From an uncultured Pseudomonadales bacterium (GTDB lineage: Bacteria; Patescibacteriota; Microgenomatia; UBA1400; PJMF01): DNA of 64,000 nucleotides. The DNA lies in NCBI GenBank assembly GCA_964406075.1, contig CAYOQI010000004.1, positions 57,718 to 121,717 on the forward strand. Reading direction: 5' to 3'. Below the pieces are notes generated by a model that saw nothing but the letters and a program-made list of their open reading frames with translations, was not told the DNA's origin and made no database searches. Both the position numbers and the translations under genes were made by a program. Positions 29,790-42,700 of the stretch are shown piece by piece; the first letter of the stretch is position 1; each line of letters opens with the position of its first letter.

Positions 29790-30668
29790 TTATCCGACAT
29801 TCATTAAGATACCAGATAATGAGTCTAACTGTTTGCGGTCCGACTGACGATGAGATGCCGCATGACGAGCTAAAATATAGCCAGTCCGTTGGTCTTTGAT
29901 CCGATCCATGGCTTGATCCATTGCCAGGATACGCGAGGCAAATTTTGCCAACTGTGACTCACGAACACTTTGCTCAAAAAGAGACGCAAATATTTCTTTT
30001 TCAAAGAATTGTAAAATTTTCTCTAAATTCGGTTCAAACAGGTACTGTCGTTTTGATTTAATTTCTTGAGGTTTTGAAAAGTCTAACTCAGCAGCTAAGG
30101 TAAAGACCACCGGCTTTTGCACTAAGACATTTTCAAACTGGCCAAAGAAAAGTTGGATCTGACTATATTGGACGATATGTTGCATGATCTTGAGAATAGC
30201 GTCTTGATTCAAACCATAGTCCGGCAATTCAAAAAAAGTGTATGGCTGATCAGGAGCATAAAATTCAAATAAAGCGGTTCCCTGTCTGCCAATAATTGTA
30301 ATCTCACTGTTTTTCTTTTTTGCTTCTTCTAGAAATACACGGAAGGTACGATGTACAATATCTCCATACAATCCTGAATTCGATGACAGTAAAACTGCAA
30401 CTGACTTTCCATTATGTGAAAGCAAGGTCAGCCCTTTATTGGTTCGCCGAGAACTCTGTTTCAGCAACTTGGTTATTTCTTTGGCATAGTTGGCTCGGAC
30501 CTCTTCAAAAACGTCTTGAATTGCACTTAAAAATTCTCGAGCTGATAAGACTGACGTGCGAGTCGACTTCATTCGAATCGATGCAATTTCTCCATAGGTC
30601 TGAACAACGCTCTGAAGCACATCTAGCTCGGTTAAAATTCCAGTAATTTTTTTCTTGTCCATTATCAT
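29790..30668 (-). CDS. atpG: F1 ATP synthase gamma subunit.
   Basis: 292 aa between the alpha and beta genes. Coiled-coil N- and C-termini (ITGILTELDVLQ at the N-terminus, DQAMDRIKDQ at the C-terminus). Confidence 0.75.
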   Translation of the reverse strand: MIMDKKKITGILTELDVLQSVVQTYGEIASIRMKSTRTSVLSAREFLSAIQDVFEEVRANYAKEITKLLKQSSRRTNKGLTLLSHNGKSVAVLLSSNSGLYGDIVHRTFRVFLEEAKKKNSEITIIGRQGTALFEFYAPDQPYTFFELPDYGLNQDAILKIMQHIVQYSQIQLFFGQFENVLVQKPVVFTLAAELDFSKPQEIKSKRQYLFEPNLEKILQFFEKEIFASLFEQSVRESQLAKFASRILAMDQAMDRIKDQRTGYILARHAASHRQSDRKQLDSLSGILMNVG

Positions 30669-32113
30669 GCTTGTACGGAGCCTTTCATTTTTTCAACTAG
30701 CTCAGCAAAACTCTGAGCTGTACTCAAGAGTTGATCAACTTGGGATCGGAAATTGGCATCCTGATCATATTGTTTTCGATAGTTCATGATCTCACTCTTC
30801 ACAGTTTGTGGATCTTGATCTTTCCATTGCCCATTCCAGAGTAAGCCTAATACATACACACTAATCGAGACAGATACGATTTCGTCAGGGCTTTGATCGA
30901 GTAAAACAAAAATTCTTTCTCCTAGGTTCAATTGATCTCGAACACTTTGGCTGACTTCAGAACCAAAGTGACTGTACTGCTTAATTTTTTCATAATTCAC
31001 CAGATAACTCGTGAGTTGCCTGGAGACATCTTTAATCAAAGGAAGCTGCACTCCTCTTCCCACACGAGTAACTGATAAAAAGGGATTCACCGCAGGGCGT
31101 CGCCCTTGATCAAAAAGTTCTGTGTCAAAAAATATATGCCCGTCAGTCATCGACATGATATTGGTCGTAATATACGCCGAGAGGTCACCGAGGATGGACT
31201 GAACCACCGGAAAACAAGTGATCGGGACATTTCCTTTCTTTGTGACAAAATTACCGCCGCGTTCCATCAAGCGTGAATGCGTATAAAAAATATCACTTGG
31301 ATACGCGCTTCTTCCTGGGAAACGTCGAGCCAACAAAGTAATTTGTCGATAAAACTGCGCATGAGTTGTCAGATCATCAAAAACAACAATCGTTTCTTTT
31401 CCTTGATCTCGAAAGTACTCAGCAATGGTCATGGCAACATATGGATTGAGAAAGATAAGTCCAGCAGGATCTGATGCTCCAGTAGCGACAATCACCGTAT
31501 TCTGAGTCACACCTTGTTTCTCAAAAAATTCTTGAAGCTGCTGAATTTCTAACTGTTTCTTTCCGATCAGTGCGAAGATACAGATGACTCCTTGACGGGC
31601 TTGACGCAGTACAGTCTGGAGAAGAAAAAGGGTTTTCCCTGTTTTACGATCACCAATAATGAGCTGACGTTGGCCTTTTGCCAGAGGAACAATCAAGTCC
31701 ACTGAAGTCACACCACTCTCGAGTGGGTCTACTATGGGAGCTCGAGCAAAAATACCTGGAGGTTTCGTATCAATCTGTCTGTATTCAACCTCCCCTAAAA
31801 TGGGTTCTGACAATGGATGTCTTCCTAATGGATCGATTCTTTTTCCTAAGATCCCAGGTCCAACTCCAATCGTGAGTCGCTCTCCGGTTCGGGCTACTCG
31901 AGTACCAATTTCCAAAACGTTTCTATCAAACAGAAGAATTTCTACACCAGATTCAAGTAAACCGATGACTTGACCTTTTTCGCCAGATTCAAAAAATACT
32001 AATTCGAACAAACGTACACCTGGAAGTCCGTTCACAACAACGAGACTCTGTTTGAGCTCTTGAACAGTTCCGACTTCTTGAGTGGAGGTAAGGTATTCTT
32101 GAAAAGATTTCAT
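30665..32113 (-). CDS. atpA: F1 ATP synthase alpha subunit.
   Basis: IIGDRKTGKTLFLLQTVL (P-loop), VFDDLTTHAQFYRQITLLARRFPGRSAYPSDIFYTHSRLMERGG. 482 aa. Confidence 0.92.
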   Translation of the reverse strand: MKSFQEYLTSTQEVGTVQELKQSLVVVNGLPGVRLFELVFFESGEKGQVIGLLESGVEILLFDRNVLEIGTRVARTGERLTIGVGPGILGKRIDPLGRHPLSEPILGEVEYRQIDTKPPGIFARAPIVDPLESGVTSVDLIVPLAKGQRQLIIGDRKTGKTLFLLQTVLRQARQGVICIFALIGKKQLEIQQLQEFFEKQGVTQNTVIVATGASDPAGLIFLNPYVAMTIAEYFRDQGKETIVVFDDLTTHAQFYRQITLLARRFPGRSAYPSDIFYTHSRLMERGGNFVTKKGNVPITCFPVVQSILGDLSAYITTNIMSMTDGHIFFDTELFDQGRRPAVNPFLSVTRVGRGVQLPLIKDVSRQLTSYLVNYEKIKQYSHFGSEVSQSVRDQLNLGERIFVLLDQSPDEIVSVSISVYVLGLLWNGQWKDQDPQTVKSEIMNYRKQYDQDANFRSQVDQLLSTAQSFAELVEKMKGSVQA

Positions 32114-32128
32114 GGGCAGTCTGTTTTC

Positions 32129-32605
32129 CTATGGTGCAAATAACACTTGACGAATTTTGTCTGAATTATGTAAAAAATACTCTTGGACTTTTCGATGTAA
32201 TGAGTAATCAAAAAACTTTCCGTTGAGAGTAAAGTGAACTCCTCCCATGAGCTGAGGCACCGATTTCAAACTCAGTATCGCATTACCGGACTCGGGGCTT
32301 TGTCTGATAAGCCGAATGATCTCCGCAATAAAATTCGGCTTTACTGGGAACGCCAGTGAGAGTTCTATGACTGGTAAGTTCTGAACTTCTTTTTTCCAGA
32401 CCTGCCAGTCCTGAGGTGTCAGAGTATTTTTTTCTAAAAATTCAGTCCAAATCTGTAGACTCTGTGGACGAACCGTATTATTCAAAGTTTCTTTTTTCTT
32501 GTCAGGATCAGTAAAAAAAGCAATCTGGGATAATAACGACATCTCTTCCAACAAAGCGTTTCTATCTTCAAGGGTGAGTAGTATTGGTTGAAACTCAGAG
32601 TACAT
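32129..32605 (-). CDS. atpH: F-type ATP synthase delta (OSCP) subunit.
   Basis: 158 aa, positioned between atpF and atpA. All-helical N-terminus typical of OSCP. Weak sequence evidence on its own. Confidence 0.55.
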   Translation of the reverse strand: MYSEFQPILLTLEDRNALLEEMSLLSQIAFFTDPDKKKETLNNTVRPQSLQIWTEFLEKNTLTPQDWQVWKKEVQNLPVIELSLAFPVKPNFIAEIIRLIRQSPESGNAILSLKSVPQLMGGVHFTLNGKFFDYSLHRKVQEYFLHNSDKIRQVLFAP

Positions 32606-33203
32606 GATCTTGTTTGGCTTTTTGTAATGCTTCTAAAATAAGTTGCTCGTGTTGTTCTTGACTAAGTAATTTTCCGGAAACGTCTTCAAGCACTGATTGG
32701 ACTATTTTGAAAATATGTTCTTCTAGTTTGGAATTTAACTCAGTTTTTCTCTCCTGAATATATTTTTCCAACTCGGCCTGCACTGATTCAGTTTTCTTCT
32801 CTAAAACTTGTTCATTCTTTTTTGTTTCTTCAAGCAGCTTCGTACTAAAACTATGTAATTGCTTGACGGATTCGGACGTAATCTTTTTTTGAATCTGATC
32901 CATGGTTTTTTGATACTCTTCAGCTTCTTTTTGTTCTGCTTCTACTAATGCTTCTCGAACATGTTGCTTCATATCAGAAGAAATGAATTCGGAATCTTCA
33001 ATGATCTTTAACGCATGACGATGCGCTTTCTTGATCATGGCTTCTGAATGAAGAAGCACTCTCTCCCACAGCTTGTCATACTCAGTTTCTAACTCAGTGA
33101 AAGATCGCCGTTGGCGAAGATACACCATGATCATTGCGACAGTGGTGACAATGCCAATGCTGGCACTTGAGGCTAGTAGGAAGAAAAGAAAAAAGTCATT
33201 CAT
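32595..33203 (-). CDS. atpF: F-type ATP synthase b subunit.
   Basis: A single N-terminal TM helix (FFLFFLLASSASIGIVTTVAMIMVY) followed by a long charged coiled-coil (EAEQKEAEEYQKT and similar). First gene of the operon. Confidence 0.6.
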   Translation of the reverse strand: MNDFFLFFLLASSASIGIVTTVAMIMVYLRQRRSFTELETEYDKLWERVLLHSEAMIKKAHRHALKIIEDSEFISSDMKQHVREALVEAEQKEAEEYQKTMDQIQKKITSESVKQLHSFSTKLLEETKKNEQVLEKKTESVQAELEKYIQERKTELNSKLEEHIFKIVQSVLEDVSGKLLSQEQHEQLILEALQKAKQDHVL

Positions 33204-33204
33204 A

Positions 33205-34890
33205 TTATTTTTGTTCCAATAAATTATTTCCGGTCATCTCTTTGGGTACAGGTAAATTCATCATGCCTAACATCGTTGGAGCGACATCACTTAATGCCCC
33301 TGGTCGTAGCTGAATTGCTGGATTATTTTTAAATGCTGGATTCATGATAACAAATGGAACGGGGTTATTTGAATGCTCTGTATTTACCGTCCCTGGACTA
33401 CTGGTAAAAAAGAAGCTCGATTGATCATAAGTCAGCAATTCTTCTACATTTCCATGATCTGCTGTGATACACAAAGTACCTTGTCTTTCGATTAATACAT
33501 CGACAATTTCTCCCACCGCTCGATCTACAATTTCACACGCTTTGATCGAGGCTGATAAATTTCCACTGTGCGCAACCATGTCCGGATTCGCAAAATTCAT
33601 GACGATAAAATGATACACATCTTTCTCTAAAGCCAGATGAAATTCTCGCATGATCTCAGACAGAGACATTTCAGGTTTACGATCATATGTCCCTACTTTG
33701 GAAGAAGGCACAATCATAATGTCTTCACCTGAAAATGGCTCAAGTCGCATGCCATCAAAATAATACGTCACCATTTTCTCCTTCTCACTTTCCGCTAGGT
33801 GAAATTGACGAAGGTTTTGTTGAGCCAATACCTCTGAAAGTGTATGCTCAACATCAATTTTGGGATATGCGACTGCGGACACAGGTAAATTATGCTGATA
33901 CTCAGTCATGGTCACAAAACATAAGTTTTTTAAAATAACTGGTCTCTCAAAGGTGCTCACTCTTTTTTGTTCTGTTGAATTCTTAGAGCTCTCGACCAAG
34001 ATTCCCTGTTCAAAATCTGGAAGCACAAATACTTGACTCAACTGCCTGGCACGATCTACACGAAAGTTAAAATAAATCATCGCATCGCCATCTTTGATAA
34101 AGACTGGAGGTTTTCCTGGTTGATTGATAAGAGTTGGGATGACAAATTCATCAGTTAAATTTTGCTCATATGAACTTTTTATAGCCTCAGAAGCACTCGT
34201 TGCCGTTGCTCCTTCTCCAAGCGTCATGACTCGATATACTTTTTCAGTCCTTTCCCATCTGGCATCTCTGTCCATAGCGTAGTAACGACCAGCTACTGAA
34301 ACAATTTGACCAAGTTGAAGCTCAACGAGTCGTTTCTCAATGGTTTCCATCACCCCTGCCCCATCCTGAGGAGGAGCATCTCTTCCATCGGTGAATAAGT
34401 GTAAATACACTCGAGTGAAGGATTGGCGTTTACACAATTCCAACAACGCAAATAAATGTTCGGTCGAAGAATGAACATTCCCTGAGCCAATTAATCCACA
34501 CACATGCAGATTGGTATTATTCTCTCTAGCATAACTAATTGCTTTGAGTAGTGCTCGGTTTGAATAAAAATCTCCAGTTTCAATTGCTTTATTTATTCGT
34601 GGCAAACTTTCCAACACAGTCCTTCCAACCCCCATCGTGAGGTGACCTACCTCAGAATTCCCTACTTCATTGGCTGGCAAACCGACAGATTCACCGGAAG
34701 CAATCAGCTTGGTATTTGGATACTCTGAAATGAGCTGATCCCATCTTGGTAACCGAGCCTGAGACATTGCATTTCCCGCTGAAGGCGGAGCGATTCCCCA
34801 CCCATCCAGCACCAATAAAACCATTGGCCGTATGTTGTACGTCTTGGGAGTAGAAGAAGCGTTGAATAAAGTATCAAGCCAGGAAGACAT
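33205..34890 (-). CDS. gpmI: 2,3-bisphosphoglycerate-independent phosphoglycerate mutase.
   Basis: VLLVLDGWGIAPPSAGNA and SGESVGLPANEVGNSEVGHLTMGVGR are iPGM metal-binding signatures. 561 aa. Confidence 0.85.
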   Translation of the reverse strand: MSSWLDTLFNASSTPKTYNIRPMVLLVLDGWGIAPPSAGNAMSQARLPRWDQLISEYPNTKLIASGESVGLPANEVGNSEVGHLTMGVGRTVLESLPRINKAIETGDFYSNRALLKAISYARENNTNLHVCGLIGSGNVHSSTEHLFALLELCKRQSFTRVYLHLFTDGRDAPPQDGAGVMETIEKRLVELQLGQIVSVAGRYYAMDRDARWERTEKVYRVMTLGEGATATSASEAIKSSYEQNLTDEFVIPTLINQPGKPPVFIKDGDAMIYFNFRVDRARQLSQVFVLPDFEQGILVESSKNSTEQKRVSTFERPVILKNLCFVTMTEYQHNLPVSAVAYPKIDVEHTLSEVLAQQNLRQFHLAESEKEKMVTYYFDGMRLEPFSGEDIMIVPSSKVGTYDRKPEMSLSEIMREFHLALEKDVYHFIVMNFANPDMVAHSGNLSASIKACEIVDRAVGEIVDVLIERQGTLCITADHGNVEELLTYDQSSFFFTSSPGTVNTEHSNNPVPFVIMNPAFKNNPAIQLRPGALSDVAPTMLGMMNLPVPKEMTGNNLLEQK

Positions 34891-34902
34891 AGAAATAAAA
34901 AT

Positions 34903-35838
<936 letters not shown>

Positions 35839-36771
35839 TTATTAAGAATTTTCTCAATAAATGTCCAACCTTTGAACGATGTGTCTAAGTTTAAAATTTA
35901 AGAAATCATTAATTATTTCATTCACATTTTAAACTTTCTCAATGCAAATATTTTTAATATCACAAGGATTTTAAAATCAGCCTTTCTGTTATCATCCGTC
36001 ATTTTTTTGAATCACTTTTACGATGATCCTATATCATTCAGTGCTCAATGAGACGATAACAATTCTTATTGATTCCAATTTAGGCTTCAAATAACTACGA
36101 CTGAGTCCAACACTCTTCTTTTTTAATTTTCTCAAACAGAAAAGGAAATGAGTTTAAAATTACTTCATTTATATTTTTATATAAAAACAAAATTCTTTTT
36201 GAAAACAAGTTGATTGATTTTCATATATTCAAAAAATAATGATTGAGTTTGGTTTAGCAACTTCATCATTTGCTTCCACTCTTAGGTGATTTCTTTATCA
36301 CATAACACAAACGCATGCGTTAATAAACTATATTTGCATTGATAAATATTTTTTCTATCTTAGATTATATTTTTAACGATTACTGTTCTTGCGATATTAA
36401 TTGTTGCGTCTTCGGCTGAAATAATCTTGTGCTATTTTCAAAGAGTCTTCATTCCGCATTCATCACATAAACACCCACTGAAAGATTTTAACGATTTTAA
36501 AAAGACTTTGTATCAATTGATCAAGCAACTTGAGCGAAAATAATTTACAGAATCAAATGAGAGAAAATATTACCAGCAGGCTAAATATGTGAATAAAAAT
36601 GTGTTCGTTGTGAACTTTTATTTGTATTTTATTCGGTAATAATTAAACATGATTATTACGAAACACAGTACACCTCTTGACACCATCAGGTAAAAAATGC
36701 CTTAATGAAGTTGGACAAAAAATGTGACAATTGCTCTTAAAATGTCCCACATTTCGTAAGAACGTAAAAAA

Positions 36772-39700
36772 ATGATTCCCAGTGATCTGCCCCCACTAGT
36801 CTCCATTCATGAAGCTGCAAAGTTTCTTAAAGTTTCGACAAAAACTTTACGTCGTTGGGAAGATCGACACATTTTGTTACCAGCTCGAACTTCTGGCGGA
36901 CACCGAAGATATGATCTCAACGAGATCAAGGCCTTCAAAAAACAAAAGTATTCCAGTGGCTCAGTCGTTCATCAAACAGTACTCCCACTTGCAACAGTTA
37001 AACCACTTGAATCAAAAGTGGTTGACCAAACAGATATTCTTCAAGTTTCCAAACCACTCATCATCAAACCCATTGATCATTTTCCGTTAAAAACACCGAA
37101 AGTAACTGCATACAAGCCATTCCCAGAGACAATTACGAAAGTAAAAAAAACATTTGAGTTTCCTTCATTCCAAGTTAGAAACAACATTCCTCCTCAGGTC
37201 GAAATTCCCACAGAGAAAATAACGGATTTCCCTATTCCAACCACTCCACCTTCTTGGGTGTCTGTCTCAATCGTGTTGGCTTTTTTCTTTATTTCAGCTG
37301 CAGCATTCAGTATTCAAGGTTTCTTCAAGCCTCTAGTTGCAAAACATCCAGTCCTAAGTGAAATTGCGTATTCCCTCGAAAAGAGATTGGCAATAAATGT
37401 TTTTCCTAAAAAAGAAGTGATGATTGTTCAGGCTAACGATAGCAAAGTCTTGGGAGAACACTCCAGCTTAGATTTTTTAAAATTTAATATTAATGTCGAG
37501 TCTTCTTTTCGCGAGTTTGCGAACTTCCTCTCAGATGTCAATGTCGAAGGAAATGCCACGGTCAGTGGAATTTTAAGTGTGAACTCCGGCTCACTTCAAA
37601 CAACTTCTGAAACAGCTCAAGTTTTTGAAAACGCTTCTACTCTCTCAATTGCTGCGAACACTGGCACCACAACAGTGAACAACTCACTAAACGTGGGTGG
37701 AAATTTAACAGTAATTGGTTTGATAAATGATATTGCCGGTACTCTCAATCTTTCCGGTAATACTTTGACTTCAACTGGTGATCTAGTTATTGATCCTGGC
37801 GGAGGTGGTGTTTCGATTGGAGATGCCACTCCAGGAATTATAGATATGACAGATGGAGATTTTTTTGTTTCAGGCGATGTAGAAATTGACGGCATTTTAT
37901 ACGCACCAACTGCAAATATATCAGGCACTGCGAGTATCGGCACTGTCTTGGTGAATTCCGACAGTATCAATGACTTTACTGGAACAGGCTTGACTGTCTC
38001 TGATGGAGCTCTTCAAACCACAATTGGCACATCGGTTTCTTCCTCTGAAATTGAGAATGACACAATTTTGGAAGAAGATCTTAAAGTCTCAAATGATGCG
38101 GTAAATGGTTATGCTCTTACCTATGATAATTCGACCGGCGGATTCACTTGGACAGATATTGCATCCAGTCAAGTTTGGATCGATGGTGGCTCAGTCTACT
38201 ATCAAGCCACGACCACCGATGATGTGGTGATTGGAGGTACTTCCAGCTTGGGTAAACTCTCGGTCGATGGGGATAGTGATGAAATCCAACTCGTAGTTCA
38301 AGGCAATGGGACGCAAACATCAAACATCTTCGTAGTTGAAGACTCCAGTGGGACAGATCTTTTTGTGGTGAACAATACTGGAAGCATCACCATTGCGTCT
38401 GGCCAAGATCTCACCATTGGGTCGATTGGATTGAATGATGTCGGAACAGATAATGTCACTTCTGGAGCATCACTTATCGGAGTGTTTGATGAATTCACTA
38501 ACTCCTCAGCTACGACACTACAAGATGTCCTCGATGATTTTGACGCTGCTATTGGTGGTGGAGCTTCAAAGTGGGCTCAAGATACTGGCTTTGTTTACCT
38601 AGCAAGTACGACTGACGACATCGTTGTCGGTGGTGACACAATAGCTAATGGTTCTTTGTATTTTGATGAATCTGCGGGAAGTCTGTATCTCGGAACTAAT
38701 GAGGCTTTGAACGGCTCACTTACTCTCTACTCTTCAGGAGCAGGGATAACTGACCCTACGATTACCGCAGATGCTACAGGAAATGCGAATATCACTACCT
38801 CTGCCACAGCCTTAGTAAATATATTAGCGGGTAATTTGAAAGTGGGTAATGGCGCGCCCACTCAGACCTTAAATGGTGAAGATGCCTATGTCGAAGGCAC
38901 GCTTGAAGTTGATGGGATACTCTACGCTGGTTCTGCCACTACAGCCTTAACCGTAGCAAGCGGACTGATCGATGCTGATGCAATTGCTTTAACTCCAACC
39001 ACTGAGGGATTAAGTGGTATCTCATCAGGCTCAGGTTTAGCGGTATACAGCGACACACTTTCTCTTCTCCAAGGTTGTGGTGATGGTCAAGTTTTGAAGT
39101 GGAACGAAACAAATGATTCATGGGAATGTGCAAATGATACCGGCGCTTCTTTTGCCGTGGTAAACATTGAGAACAATGATGTTGCAGTCGGGAGCAATGT
39201 CGATTCCATTGATTTCTCTACTGATTTCTTAGTCACTGCTTCCCCATCAAACGAAGCCAATGTTGCAATCGCCGATGACATTTTAAACTTCACAGAATTC
39301 TCTGATGCCCTTACCTTAGATGCCGCTACCACCATCACCAATTCTTTAGCCGGCAACTTGACAATCGACCTCACTTCAACCGGTGATTTCGTCATTGCAG
39401 ATGGTGGAGTTGCCTTCTTTACCTTTACTGATGGTGGTGCTTTAACTCAGGCTGGAAGCGGTCAAATAACCTTGACTGGAAACGTTGATGCTACAAATGG
39501 TCTTGATATAACAGGCGCTTCCCTAACGGTTGGTGGTGCAAATGCCACGATCACCACAGGTGGAGCGTTAACATTGGCATCAACAATTACAGCAGCGACC
39601 GACGAGACCATTAACGGCGTTGATATCAATGCCGGTACCGTTTCAGATGTTGTGAATTTAACTATTAATTCAGGTGGTGACTTAACCATTGGTTCAATCG

Positions 39701-42700
39701 GTTTGAATGATGTGGGTTCAGACAACATCACTTCCGGTGCTTCCTTAGTGGGAGTGTTTGATGAATTCACCAATTCAAGTGCAACAACTGTTCAAGACGT
39801 CTTAGATGATCTCGATGCAGCAATTGGTGCTGGTGCAAGTAAATGGACTGACTCTGGTACTGTTACCTACCTTACTGACACGACTGACAGTATTACGATT
39901 GGGAGTTCAACCGAACTTGGTAAACTTGCAGTCGATGGAGATGCTGATGAAGTTCAGTTATTAGTTCAAGGTAATGGAACCCAGACCAATGCCCTTGCAA
40001 TTTTTGAAGATTCAACAGGTGCTGACCAATTTAGCATTAGTAATACTGGAAACGTGACGTTAGCTGGAGATTTAACAATCAGTGGTGGAAATATTACCTC
40101 TGCAACTACCTTTGATTCCACCGCAACCGTAACAGGAACATTAACAGCAAATGGCACTTTAGATGCCAATGGGATCTTCACACTTGGTGACAATGGCGAA
40201 ACCGGTGCAATTGATACTTCTGATTGGGATATTTCTGCCACCGGTGTACTCACTGGAGTGAGTGGTATTACCACTGATGGTGGATACACTCAATCAGGCG
40301 CGACCGGAAATACATTTTCAGGCAATGTCGATGCAACTTCTGGCCTTGATGTCACAGGTGCTTCTCTGACTGTCGGTGGTGCAAATGCCACGATCACTAC
40401 AGGTGGAGCGTTAACTTTAGCCTCCACAATTACAGCCAACACAGATGAAACAGTGAACGGAGTTGATATTAATGCAGGGACTGTTTCTGATGTGGTGAAT
40501 TTAACAATCAATTCTGGTGGTGACTTAACTATCGGGTCAATCGGACTCAACGATATTGGTTCAGACAACATCACTTCCGGTGCTTCTTTAGTTGGAGTCT
40601 TCGATGAGTTTACTAATTCAGATGGTCTTAATGTACAAGATGTCCTTGATGACTTTGATGCTGCTATTGGTGCAGGTTCTAGTAAATGGACAGACTCTGG
40701 TACTGTTACCTACTTAACTTCTACTACTGATGACTTAGCCGTGGGAGGATCCACTGTCCTGGCTTCCATGTTTGGCATTGATGAATCGGCAGGAAATTTC
40801 TACTTTGGCTATGACAACTCAGTTTCCCCTACCTTCAACTTTGAAGCCTCTGATGGTGATGCTGGTGAATTTGGATTTAATACCAATGACACATTCTTCT
40901 TCTCCAATGCACGAGTGGGTGTCGGAACGACCAATCCTTCAAGGTTATTACATGTAAGTGATTCTTCAGGGTCGCCCGCCATTAGAGTTACTGGTTCAGC
41001 CAGTGGTTCACCGTTTATTGAGTTCGAACAGTCAGGAAATGTTAGAGGTGTTTTTGGTTATGATAATACAACTTCGACCTTGCAACTTGCATATGGAGCG
41101 AATTTTAGTACTACCTTCCTATCACTAAATAGTTCTGGTTCTATGGGTCTTGGAACCTCTGCACCTGACGCCGCATTAGAAATCAATCATGCTACGGGTG
41201 ATAGTTTACGACTTACATACAATGACTCAAATGGTTCCGCTACCAGCTACACAGACTTCTCTCTCGCCTCTGATGGAGATTTAACAATTGATAGTGCTGG
41301 TGGTGCCATAAACCTTGGTGCAAATGATGACCTCAATATCACTGCTTCTACTGACTTAATCTTTGGAGGATCAACCTCTCTTGGTGAATCTACAGGAGCG
41401 GCTGATTCAGGAGCTTTCTTAACTGGTATTTTTGATGAATTTGATAACTCTGCTTCCTCTACAGTACAAGATGTGATTGATGATATTGATGCAGCTATTG
41501 GAAATAGAACATACACTGCTGATAACTACGTGACTGATGGTCAAACTCTGACAGCTTCCATCAATGCCCTTGATATTGCACTTGCCTCTGTTTCAGGCGG
41601 TGCGTACACAGGATGGAGTATTGACGTGGATGATGACGGAGCTGATCCAATTGCAAGTGGAGCTACGCTGAATGTTGATGCTGGAAGTAATGTGTCATTG
41701 ACCTACACAGCTGGTACCAATACGCTTTTAATTGCTGCTACTGATACAAATACTACCTACACAGCTGGGAATGATCTTGATCTTACCGGAACGGTCTTCA
41801 GCCTAGAAACCACCCTCGATTTTGTCGACACAATTAATTTAGCTGGGACAGGAACTCTCAACGGTCTTGATGCCGTTGATGCTACTGGAGAAAATACTAT
41901 TGAGGCCCTGATCTTTGATACAGATGCTGAAAGTATTACCGGAGTCTGGACGGTAGCTGACTCGACCAACTTCAGAATTGGTACCGGTGGTGACTTAACC
42001 TTCGCTCATGATGGTTCAAACTCTACTATTACTAGTACGACGGGTGACTTACTTATCGACAATACAAATGCCACCGGTTCAACCATTTTTGACCTGGGCA
42101 CAGATACTTCAGCCACTGATTTCCTTATTAGGAATGATTCTGGCACTCAACTCTTAAGCTTGAACGGTGCCGGGGCACTTCAGCTTGGAAGCAATGGTCA
42201 AGATGGTCAGTTCATCCTCTACAACGAACTAGGTGTAACAGATTACACAAACACAATTAACCCAAGTGGTTCTCAGTCCCAAAACATCACCTATACCCTA
42301 CCTCCTGATGATGGTGGCGCTGATAATTACGTTCTCACCACGGATGGAAATGGCGTATTGCAATGGGAATCCGTCACTGGTGCCGGTGGAGGAAGTGGAG
42401 ATCTGACAGATATCATTGCTGGGAACTACATTGATGTTCAAAACGCTGGTGGTCCGAGTCCTACTGTAGACTTTGATCCAACCGAACTTGAAGGAGTGAC
42501 TTGGGGTGCCTCATCTGGCGCCAGTGAACCTTTTACCTGGACGTATGATGTGACGAACTCCGGAACTGATCCTTCCATCACTTTCGCGGACAATGCCATC
42601 ACTCTCACAGCAGCAACTCTTACAGCTAGTGGTGATTTAACAATTCAAGGTGGAGACGCAACGCTTGGAATGGCTGGAACCGATGGTTCGCTCACTTTTT